Below are positions 1-8,205 of a stretch of 43,317 bases of DNA, in pieces. This stretch comes from Cyanobacteria bacterium J06626_4 (GTDB lineage Bacteria; Cyanobacteriota; Cyanobacteriia; Phormidesmidales; Phormidesmidaceae). A model generated the notes under the pieces. The model saw only the letters and a list, made by a program, of their open reading frames with translations. It was not told the origin of the DNA and searched no databases. The DNA is taken from assembly GCA_038523235.1 (NCBI GenBank), contig JBCBJQ010000045.1:1-43317 (forward strand). Direction: 5' to 3'. The translations under genes were made by a program, and so were the position numbers. Position 1 is the first letter of the stretch. Every line of letters starts with the position of its first letter.

Positions 1-106
1 GGTACTGTAAGCAGGAGAGGTGCTTCTAGCGATTTTGATCAGGTTCAGCCATTGTCCTGCTCACACGCTACAGCCCCACTACCTGAATGAACCTACCCGG
101 CAAGGG

Positions 107-616
107 TTATTTCACGGCTTCGATACATTGCTGAACAAGCGGTTTAACCTTGTCGACATTTTGCCAGCCGAGAATTTCCGTGACCTTGTTCTCTAGGTTC
201 TTATAGCTACGGAAGAACTCAGCAATTTCATCTAGGCGATGGGCGGCAATGTCGTCTAAGGAATTGACTTGGGCGAATCGGGGATCTTCAGCCGGTACAC
301 AGAGAATTTTTTCGTCGCGATCGCCGCCATCAATCATTTCCAGCATGCCAATAGGGCGAGAGGCGATGACGCAGCCCGGAAAGGTCGGCTGATCCATCAG
401 TACCATGCCATCGAGCGGATCGCCATCATCGGCTAGGGTATTGGGCACAAACCCATAGTCGTAAGGGTATTGCACTGAAGAAAAAAGCACCCGGTCAAGA
501 ATGAGGGCACCCATGTCCTTATCAAACTCGTACTTGTTCTTGCTACCAGCAGGAATTTCGACGAGGACGTTGAGCAACCCCGGTTCAGGTTGGGCAGGAA
601 TACGAGATAAATCCAC
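107..616 (-). CDS. ppa: Family I inorganic pyrophosphatase
   Basis: Signature DDGDPLD plus [20 protein letters not shown] and DEKIL motifs; 169 aa. Confidence 0.97.
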   Translation of the reverse strand: MDLSRIPAQPEPGLLNVLVEIPAGSKNKYEFDKDMGALILDRVLFSSVQYPYDYGFVPNTLADDGDPLDGMVLMDQPTFPGCVIASRPIGMLEMIDGGDRDEKILCVPAEDPRFAQVNSLDDIAAHRLDEIAEFFRSYKNLENKVTEILGWQNVDKVKPLVQQCIEAVK

Positions 617-832
617 TATGCGTCTCCAGATATGGGCCTAAAACACTCTGGAGCTGCCTCTGCGCAAGACGCCAATGCCGCCTGCTCAAATCCAATGCAC
701 CCCGAACCAGTGGCCTGGGAGCAGATCTGGGCGAACTGATTTGATCCCCTTGACGCAGCTGGGCAACTCTTCGCTTTGCATTTTAGGCGAAGACGTTCAC
801 TTGACTGCAGAACCGCTCGGTATCCTCATCAA

Positions 833-1018
833 TCATTCACGAGTTTGCGAAAACGGATAGCTCGGTAGCGTCGCGGGCGGCACATTGGCCGAAGAATAAT
901 GGGCAATCGCCAGCACCGGCAGCATCAACGTTAAAACTGCAACAACTGCGCCAACAAGATGAGAGAAGCGGCTACTCGGAGGTTCCGGAGGGTTCTCGGA
1001 AGGACTAACAGATTCCAT
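833..1018 (-). CDS. Small single-TM hypothetical protein (61 aa)
   Basis: ATG start; Pro/Ser-rich N-terminus, one hydrophobic stretch (LVGAVVAVLTLMLPVLAIA); fills the gap upstream of ppa on the same strand. Confidence 0.6.
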   Translation of the reverse strand: MESVSPSENPPEPPSSRFSHLVGAVVAVLTLMLPVLAIAHYSSANVPPATLPSYPFSQTRE

Positions 1019-1270
1019 ACAGGCGAGGTAACAGTACCTAAATTGAAAACGGCAGTGACAGACCCGCGCACTTACAGTTTCAGCGTAGCTTACTTGAGAA
1101 ATGAATCTGCAAAGAAGCTTAGGGAAACTTTAGAGTCTCCTGCTAATAATCAGCTGAAATCTACCGTAACGAACGTCTGGGATATCGGTTGTGAGCTAGG
1201 CCACACAATGCATACAAGAAGTGTAAACAAATGCCTGCATCAACTTAACATTATTCTTTCTTCAATGAGT

Positions 1271-1278
1271 GCGATCGC
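1271..1278. repeat. HIP1 octamer GCGATCGC (one example of dozens across the window)
   Basis: Other examples at 1581, 10262, 19501, 20148 and 29501; a cyanobacterial hallmark. Confidence 0.9.
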
Positions 1279-1409
1279 CATTCCGGAAAAGCGGAGGGCG
1301 AGCTGGTGGGCCCGTGATGTTAGGTGCTGCCCTGAGGAGCGCCGGTAGCGAGCCGACATAATGCCCTGCAACTTGGGCGGTAGAGGGTCATCATGGCGGT
1401 GGCGGCGAC

Positions 1410-1796
1410 TCATGGTGATTCTAGATGCTGGCGGATGGCTCTCAGCTCGGCCAAAATTGATTTCAAAATTTCTTGGGTGGTGGTCTCTTCTGAGGGCTGT
1501 ACGGTAATCGTCGGGTTTAACCCCAAAATGTCTTGGGCGAATCGCCGCACCTCGCGGGGGTGAAACTGCAGGGGCTCGTCGCGATCGCGCCGCACTTCCG
1601 GATTGAGTTTCTCCGGGTCATAGGGCGGGTTGAGAATATCGAGATCGGTGTTGGCATACCGGTAGACCGAGGCCCGCGATCGCTTAATCTGCTTTTGCAC
1701 ATCATCGACGGTGAGGTAAGCATCTGGCGGCAGTTCGTCAGGACGATAGTCGGCAGTTTGTGTACCCAACTCAGGAAACCCAGTGGCGTCTTCCAT
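1410..1796 (-). CDS. Excisionase/AlpA-like HTH DNA-binding protein (cyanobacterial family often labelled 'resolvase')
   Basis: YLTVDDVQKQIKRSRASVYRY fits an AlpA/MerR-type HTH; C-terminal amphipathic helix (ILKSILAELRAIRQHL); no recombinase catalytic motif; ATG at 1796 preferred over the ORF-track start at 1811. Confidence 0.75.
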   Translation of the reverse strand: MEDATGFPELGTQTADYRPDELPPDAYLTVDDVQKQIKRSRASVYRYANTDLDILNPPYDPEKLNPEVRRDRDEPLQFHPREVRRFAQDILGLNPTITVQPSEETTTQEILKSILAELRAIRQHLESP

Positions 1797-1834
1797 AACC
1801 CTCATCAGCAAAGTTGCATGTTGAGTCTACAGAG

Positions 1835-1850
1835 GAGATTGCAGAATCTC
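1835..1850. promoter_or_regulatory. Palindrome GAGATT-N4-AATCTC, candidate operator upstream of the HTH gene
   Basis: Perfect 6+6 inverted repeat about 40 bp upstream of ATG 1796. Confidence 0.35.
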
Positions 1851-2092
1851 AAGCCAATTTTGTGCAGACGCTAGGGCAGTTCACCGCCCTGCTGGTATCA
1901 CTGTCGTAAAGGGGCCTCGTGGCTATCCGCCATTGGTGAGCGAGCGCCGTCTGCGCTTATGAGGCAACGCCGAAAAGCGACTATTCCGACCGCCACATTC
2001 TGCGGGCAAGCTGACTGGACGCAAAAGACTGTTCACCCCGCGAGCTTCACGGGGACGGTTACTGCTTTGACCAGGAAGATGCTGACCGGAGC

Positions 2093-2437
2093 TTACGATT
2101 CTCCGAGCAAGGTCTCAAACTCACTGCGTAAATTGCTGAAGTTGGCAACGCGACCCACAATGAGGCTGGTTTCCTCTGCCTTTTGCAGTTCGATTTTCCA
2201 ACGCGCGACCCGATCGCCATCCTGCAGCCAAAAATTGACCATTTGGGCTGCGATCGCATCCCAATCCCAAGCGGGTTTGTGTTGAATGGTTTGGGTGGCG
2301 GCGATGAAACCATCTAGCGTGCATTGGTAGCTGCCCAGGTAGGCACAGCTGCGATCTGGCGATTGCTCGACGTGCTGCTGATGTCTGAAAAAGTCCCAGA
2401 CTGTGGTGATGCCGATAATGTCAAAGTTGTATTGCAT
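2093..2437 (-). CDS. Hypothetical protein (114 aa, MQYNFDIIG...)
   Basis: Protein-like aromatic/charged composition, ATG at 2437, resembles small conserved cyanobacterial proteins; competing ORFs on other frames look spurious. Confidence 0.7.
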   Translation of the reverse strand: MQYNFDIIGITTVWDFFRHQQHVEQSPDRSCAYLGSYQCTLDGFIAATQTIQHKPAWDWDAIAAQMVNFWLQDGDRVARWKIELQKAEETSLIVGRVANFSNLRSEFETLLGES

Positions 2438-2517
2438 AGAACTGATGATCAAACGGTTTTCTAAGGTTGAATACACCCGCCATAGCCCGAAAAAGCTTAC
2501 GGCCTATGAGCACCCAC

Positions 2518-2546
2518 AAAAAAGGCACAGGAAACTCCCGTGCCTT
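2518..2546 (-). terminator. Intrinsic terminator hairpin upstream of the 2437 gene
   Basis: Minus strand reads AAGGCACGGGA-GTT-TCCTGTGCCTT-TTTT (11-bp stem with one G-U, then a U tract). Confidence 0.75.
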
Positions 2547-2993
2547 GCAAGCGATTGAGAAAGTGAATCTTAAAGAGCATACGACTCACGGACTTCTAGT
2601 GACGATAGTGAGATTTTCAATAGATTTCTCTAACCTGGCCAGGGCTGCGACACTTGCCGACTAAAACCAGCCAACAGCCATTCAAGCCAAGACCTTGTGT
2701 CACATTTTATGGTCATCTTTAAGGCAGACTGTTCAGAGCTAACCAGAGCAAAGATATTTGACCGAACTTTTGGGTGCCCGAATGATCTCGGCGCTTTATC
2801 CTAAGTTCTCCCAAACACAGCTACAGAGTTAGCTCCTCTGCCCCTCAACTCCCCGGCCTTTGCAAAGGTTATGAGGGGCGCAAAACTGAGAAACGGGATT
2901 ACGCCTCGCCTCCACAATGATTATTTCCTCTATGTCCTCACGTTACTAATGACCACTGAAAGCTGGAATCGGGTCTAATTTCAGCTCTGTGAC

Positions 2994-5960
2994 CTAGCGG
3001 CCCTGCAGCCAATGGGTCATCATCGGTCCCTTACCTTTGACATCAATGATGCCTCGCGCCTCAAAGGTGTATTCGTCTTTGAGCAGCTCGTAGACCGATT
3101 CGGTGACTTGAATGTGGTCGGCAACCCCTTGAGATTCCATGCGGCTGGCTACATTAACCGCATCGCCCCACAGGTCGTAGGAGAATTTTTTGAGGCCAAT
3201 GACTCCCGCGACGACCGGGCCAGTGTCGATGCCAATGCGGAGGCTAAAGTTGGAATCATCTTGCCGACGAAACTGAGCGATCGCCGCCTGCATGTCGAGG
3301 GCCATTTCGGCGATCGCCCGCGTGTGATGGGGCAGTGCACTGGGCAGTCCACCCACCACCATGTAGGCATCGCCAATGGTTTTGATTTTTTCTAACCGAT
3401 GGCGTTCGGCGAGGTGATCAAAGGCGGAAAAGATTTCGTTGAGCAAATCGACCAGTTCAGTCGGGGGCAGCGCCCCTGACAGCTCGGTGAAATTAACAAT
3501 ATCGGCAAAGAGAATGGTGACCGCATCAAACCGGTAGGCGATCGATTGCGTGTTCCGTTTGAGCTGGTCGGCAATCGAGGCGGGCAAGATGTTGAGCAGC
3601 AGCCGTTCGGAGCGCTCTTGCTCAACTCGCAAGGCTTCTTCAATTTCTTTGCGATCGGTGATATCCGTTAAGAAGCCCTCGACGACAGCGGGCTGAGCCG
3701 TCGCTTCAGAGACCGGCACCCCTTTCTCAAGTACCCATTTTTCTTGTTCGCCCGTGGTCAGAATCCGGTAAGTCATCTGAAACGGGCTGCCAGTGGGAAG
3801 GGCTCGCCGCAACTCCCCTTTCACGTAGTCGCGATCGTCCGGGTGAATCAGCTGCTCAAAAGGAAAGGCCTCGGGGCCCAGCAAATCTGCTGGGGTATAG
3901 CCTGTGAGCTCGTAGCAGCCGTCGCTGACAAACTCCAGCGTCCAATTGGCGTCGCAGTAACGACGATAGGCCATGCCTGCCAGATTGCCCAGCAGGGTGG
4001 CCAAGGTGCGCTGGCTTTCGCGGAGGGCCTCTTGCGCTTGGCGACGTTGGGTAATGTCGGCGACTGTGCCTTCGTAATATTGCACTCCGCCGCGATCGTT
4101 GGTCACGGCGCGCACATTTTCTGAGACCCAAATCACCTGCCCATCGGCCCGATAAACCTGTGACTCAAACTCAAACACCGCCCCTTGAGAATGTAGCCGC
4201 TGCAGCATCGTGCGCCGGTGCTCCTCTTTGACGTAGAGGCGATCGATGTTGTGAATCTGCGCCATCATTTCATCGGGGCTGAGATAGCCATACATTCTTG
4301 ACAGGGCCGGGTTAACGCTGAGATACCGGGCATCGGGGCTGGCTTGGAAAATCCCTTCAGCGCTGTTTTCAAAAATGCTGCGATATTTTTCCTCAGCCTT
4401 TTGCAGCGCCATATCGGCTCGCCGTTTCTCTGAGATGTCGCGTGCTACCCAAATCACCCGATTCTTGGGCATCGGCGAAATAATCGCCGTGTACCAGGCG
4501 GCATTCTCAAAATCATCCAGATCCGCCTGGCCGCTGGACTCTGCCCCCGCCTGTCGCCAATCGCCAATGGGCAGGCTGTATTCGACGCGCACGGGCTGAC
4601 CGGAGTTGAGCGCTGTCTGAATATGGCGCATAAACAAACTCGCCTGATAGGGCGGCAAGATGTCGTACACCGTTTGGCCAATGCGTTCGGTGCCTGGGTT
4701 GTAGCGCAGCTGCGCCTTAGTCACCATATTCAGGTAGCGGCCATCGCGATCAAATACGGTGATCACATCGGTCATTGCGGCAAATAGGGCCCGCAGCTCA
4801 GCCTCCGAAGCCCGCAGTGCGTCTTCGGCCCGATGGCGATCGCGCACTTCTGCCAACAAGCGTTGGTTGGACTGGGTCAAGGCGGCGGTACGCAGGTTGA
4901 CGCGTTGTTCTAGTTCCTCATTCGCTCGCTGCAGGGCGGCCTCGGCCTCTTTCCGCTGGGTGATGTCTTCAACGGTGCCCTCGTAGTAAATCAACTCACC
5001 GGTCCTGTTGTAGACTGAGCGCGCATTTTCAGAAATCCAGATCACCGTACCGTCTTGCCGGTAAACCTGCGATTCAAACCCGGTGACGGCACCGTCACGC
5101 TGTAGGGTTTGGGCAAACGCTTGACGACGCTCCGGATCGACATAGAGCTGCTGTTGAATGTTGGTCAGTTCGACCGTCATGGTGTCGGCTGACGGATAGC
5201 CATAAATGCGGGCCAGGGCCGGGTTGGCGCTGAGGTAACGACCATCGGTGGTGGTTTGAAAAATCCCCTCAACGGCATGTTCAAAGATGTTGCGATATTT
5301 GGCTTCGGCTTCGCGCAGGGCCTTTTCAGCGCGATTACGCTCGCTAATATCAATCCCCACGGTAAAAGCTGCCCGGCCCTGATTATATTTTTGCGCCACG
5401 ATCAGAAAGCGCCGTTCGTCGCCGGCGACCTGAGCTGAGACTTCGCGATAGGCATCGGACTGCTGACTTTGAAAAAAGTCCTGCACAAAGGTGTTGAACT
5501 CGTTGCTGGTATGCAGGAAGCCAATATCCTGACCGGTGAAAGCCTCAGCCGGCATGTTAAAGGTCTGGGCTAAGTGATTGTTAACGCCGAGGTAGCGCAG
5601 GTCATCGCTAATCCACGACACGATGCCGGGAACCGCATCTAAGATGGCCTGCAGCTGGTCGCGGGCCGTCCTGAGCTTGGTTTCAGCTTGGCTGCGTTCG
5701 ACCACCTCAGCCACTAAGGTGTCGTTTGATTCCCTCAGAGCAGCCGTTTGGGCGATGAACTTTTGATTGAGATCGCCAATTTCTGCAGTGGTGGCTTGGA
5801 GCCGCTGGTCCCGATCGTAGAGCTGCTGCTTGAGGTCGGCAGCTTCGCGTTTGAGGTTAATGATTTCTTGCCGCAGGGCATCTTCCCCGGCATTGGTTGG
5901 GGTAGCCTGATGAGATCCCGCCTCCGCCCCCGATCGCGGTAGTGATGATCGCTCAGTCAT
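2994..5960 (-). CDS. Soluble multi-PAS class III adenylate cyclase
   Basis: N-terminal coiled coil; about five PAS/PAC modules ending in DIS/DIT; catalytic motifs TILFADIVNFT, KIKTIGDAYM, YDLWGDAVNVASRMES; the Lys/Asp pair specifies ATP. Confidence 0.93.
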   Translation of the reverse strand: MTERSSLPRSGAEAGSHQATPTNAGEDALRQEIINLKREAADLKQQLYDRDQRLQATTAEIGDLNQKFIAQTAALRESNDTLVAEVVERSQAETKLRTARDQLQAILDAVPGIVSWISDDLRYLGVNNHLAQTFNMPAEAFTGQDIGFLHTSNEFNTFVQDFFQSQQSDAYREVSAQVAGDERRFLIVAQKYNQGRAAFTVGIDISERNRAEKALREAEAKYRNIFEHAVEGIFQTTTDGRYLSANPALARIYGYPSADTMTVELTNIQQQLYVDPERRQAFAQTLQRDGAVTGFESQVYRQDGTVIWISENARSVYNRTGELIYYEGTVEDITQRKEAEAALQRANEELEQRVNLRTAALTQSNQRLLAEVRDRHRAEDALRASEAELRALFAAMTDVITVFDRDGRYLNMVTKAQLRYNPGTERIGQTVYDILPPYQASLFMRHIQTALNSGQPVRVEYSLPIGDWRQAGAESSGQADLDDFENAAWYTAIISPMPKNRVIWVARDISEKRRADMALQKAEEKYRSIFENSAEGIFQASPDARYLSVNPALSRMYGYLSPDEMMAQIHNIDRLYVKEEHRRTMLQRLHSQGAVFEFESQVYRADGQVIWVSENVRAVTNDRGGVQYYEGTVADITQRRQAQEALRESQRTLATLLGNLAGMAYRRYCDANWTLEFVSDGCYELTGYTPADLLGPEAFPFEQLIHPDDRDYVKGELRRALPTGSPFQMTYRILTTGEQEKWVLEKGVPVSEATAQPAVVEGFLTDITDRKEIEEALRVEQERSERLLLNILPASIADQLKRNTQSIAYRFDAVTILFADIVNFTELSGALPPTELVDLLNEIFSAFDHLAERHRLEKIKTIGDAYMVVGGLPSALPHHTRAIAEMALDMQAAIAQFRRQDDSNFSLRIGIDTGPVVAGVIGLKKFSYDLWGDAVNVASRMESQGVADHIQVTESVYELLKDEYTFEARGIIDVKGKGPMMTHWLQGR

Positions 5961-6314
5961 AGTGGAATGAAGTCCTGCGAACAGCCAATCAAGGTCTCAA
6001 GTCGATGTTCCCCAGCGGTGGCTGAGCAACGAGCCCTAGCTTTATCCATGACCACCACAGAACTCGTGCGCTTCGAGCCGTGGTCAAGTGATCGAGAGGG
6101 CCCCATTATTAATCCACGGCGCTGACGAAAATTCCGGTGATTTTATGAATTTTTGAGACCAGAGAGATGCGTGTACTCTGATGGAAGAGTCATTTTCATT
6201 GTGGCTCAGTGAGCTCGTCGATGGCGAGCAATTCGCCTCATGGCCAATGGGGGCGACGGCGACGTGGGAACATGTCACCCTGTGAAAAGAGATCTTTAAC
6301 AAGGACACGCGTCT

Positions 6315-7592
6315 GTGAAAGCGTTAGTGGTCGGCAATGGGGGGCGTGAACATGCCCTCGCTTGGAAGCTTCTGGAATCGCCGGGGGTAGAAGAGATTAT
6401 GTGTGTGCCCGGCAATGGGGGCACAGCCACCCTGCCGGGCTGTCGCAACCTAGGGCTCGCGCTCGATGATTTTGAGGGGATTGCTCGGGTGGCCCTGGTC
6501 AATAATTTGAGCCTGGTCGTCGTGGGGCCAGAGCAGCCGCTGGCGGATGGCATTGCTGATTACCTCAGCCAACAGGGACTATTGGTCTTTGGCCCGACCC
6601 AAGCGGGGGCGCAAATTGAGGCGAGTAAAGCCTGGGCCAAAGCGTTGATGGCCGAGGCCCAGATTCCGACGGCGGCGGCGCGGGTGTTTACAGATGCCGC
6701 GTCGGCGATCGCCTATCTACAAACGCAGCCGCTACCCATCGTGGTCAAGGCCGACGGACTGGCCGCTGGCAAAGGGGTCACCGTCGCTCAGACGCGGGCG
6801 GCGGCGATCGCCGCGGTGGAGGCGGCGTTTGAGGGGCAGTTTGGAGCCGCCGGTCATCAGGTCGTGATCGAAGCCTGTTTGACAGGGCAGGAGGCCTCCG
6901 TGTTGGCCGTAACCGATGGCGATACCATTGTGCCGCTGATGCCCGCGCAAGACCATAAGCAAATCGGCGAAGGCGATACGGGCGCAAATACGGGCGGCAT
7001 GGGCACCTATGCGCCGACTCCAGTCATTACCCCGGAAATTCTCGATAAGGTGCAGGAACAGATTCTTGAACCCGCGATCGCCCTCCTCAAACAGCGCGAG
7101 ATTGATTATCGCGGCGTGCTCTATGCGGGGCTGATGATCTCACCCGAGGGTGAGCCGACGGTGATTGAGTTTAACTGCCGCTTTGGTGATCCTGAAACTC
7201 AGGTCGTCTTGCCCCTGCTAGAGACGCCGCTAGAGGAGGTCTTGCTGGCCTGTGCCGAAAAGCGCCTAGCCGCGTTGCCCCCCCTCCGTTGGCGCGCGGC
7301 GGCAGCCGCCTGTGTGGTGGCGGCAGCGGGGGGCTATCCCGACCGTTACCAAAAGGGCATGCCGATTGCTGGGTTAGATGCCGCGGCGGCCAAAGGCGCT
7401 TTAGTGTTTCATGCGGGCACGCAGCTTAAAGGGAGCCACATTACCGCCAATGGCGGTCGGGTGTTGGGGGTGACCGCGGTGGGAGAAACCTTTGACTCCG
7501 CATTGGAAGCGGCCTATGCCGCGATCGCGGAAATTGAATTCGACACCATGTACTATCGCCGCGACATTGGATTTCGAGTCCGTCAATCCTAA
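6315..7592 (+). CDS. purD: Phosphoribosylamine--glycine ligase
   Basis: GNGGREHAL, KADGLAAGKGV, QDHK..GEGDTGANTGGMG, EFNCRFGDPETQ motifs. Confidence 0.98.
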   Translation: MKALVVGNGGREHALAWKLLESPGVEEIMCVPGNGGTATLPGCRNLGLALDDFEGIARVALVNNLSLVVVGPEQPLADGIADYLSQQGLLVFGPTQAGAQIEASKAWAKALMAEAQIPTAAARVFTDAASAIAYLQTQPLPIVVKADGLAAGKGVTVAQTRAAAIAAVEAAFEGQFGAAGHQVVIEACLTGQEASVLAVTDGDTIVPLMPAQDHKQIGEGDTGANTGGMGTYAPTPVITPEILDKVQEQILEPAIALLKQREIDYRGVLYAGLMISPEGEPTVIEFNCRFGDPETQVVLPLLETPLEEVLLACAEKRLAALPPLRWRAAAAACVVAAAGGYPDRYQKGMPIAGLDAAAAKGALVFHAGTQLKGSHITANGGRVLGVTAVGETFDSALEAAYAAIAEIEFDTMYYRRDIGFRVRQS

Positions 7593-7593
7593 G

Positions 7594-7770
7594 TAACGTC
7601 AGTTCGGGTTAAGGCAAAACCCGTTACTTTCCCCTTCTGGGAGGGGCTGATGGGGTGGGTTCAAGCCGTCGGAGAAACCCGTCCCTTCCTACGAACACCC
7701 CTCCTAGTAGGAGATTTGGCCCTTAAACTACCCGCAAATCCCTTGTCAGTTTTATCCCGAACTCAGGTTA
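7594..7770. mobile_element. MITE-like element, copy 1 (177 bp)
   Basis: Imperfect terminal inverted repeats TAACGTCAGTTCGGGTTAA / TTATCCCGAACTCAGGTTA; non-coding; related copy at 25325-25509. Confidence 0.75.
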
Positions 7771-7799
7771 GGTAGGCCAATTGAGGCGGATAGAAATGG

Positions 7800-7842
7800 G
7801 TGATTTTGAGTGCGGTTGTGAAATCTCCGCGCTCAAAATCAC
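7800..7842. terminator. 16-bp stem hairpin downstream of purD (possible terminator or stabiliser)
   Basis: GTGATTTTGAGTGCGG ... CCGCGCTCAAAATCAC inverted repeat with one mismatch; no strong U tract. Confidence 0.45.
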
Positions 7843-8205
7843 TGCGGCAAATTGATGCCTGAATTCTGCGTTTATCATGTCCTAATGTTGTCTGAACGGT
7901 TCTACCGAAAGGGCTTTAAGCCTCAATCTCTTTATTCAGCTTGATGGCCTGCGCTTAGTGCTCAGCTCAGCTCGTGGTGCTCTACAATTTTTTGCTAATG
8001 GCGATGACCTGGGCCTTGCCATCTGCGGCTGAGGTTTTTGGGGGTATAGAAACGCTAGGAAGTTTAGCATTCCCAGCTTCTATGCCGTTTAGAGTTCGCC
8101 AATTTCAGCCAACGTGCCACAATAGAGGCTACTCCGGTTCACACAGCGGTTGGAACGGGGAACCTTTGCCCAGAACGGGGCATACCTGCAGTCGCTCACA
8201 CGCGT

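Noticed and set aside
959..1348. 129-aa plus-strand ORF and many other 60-180 aa ORFs antisense to real genes
   Set aside because: No recognisable motifs; shadow ORFs expected in GC-rich coding DNA or promoter regions
5961..6314. CRP (TGTGA-N6-TCACA) or NtcA (GTA-N8-TAC) sites near the cyclase/purD promoters
   Set aside because: Only half-sites seen; no correctly spaced palindrome
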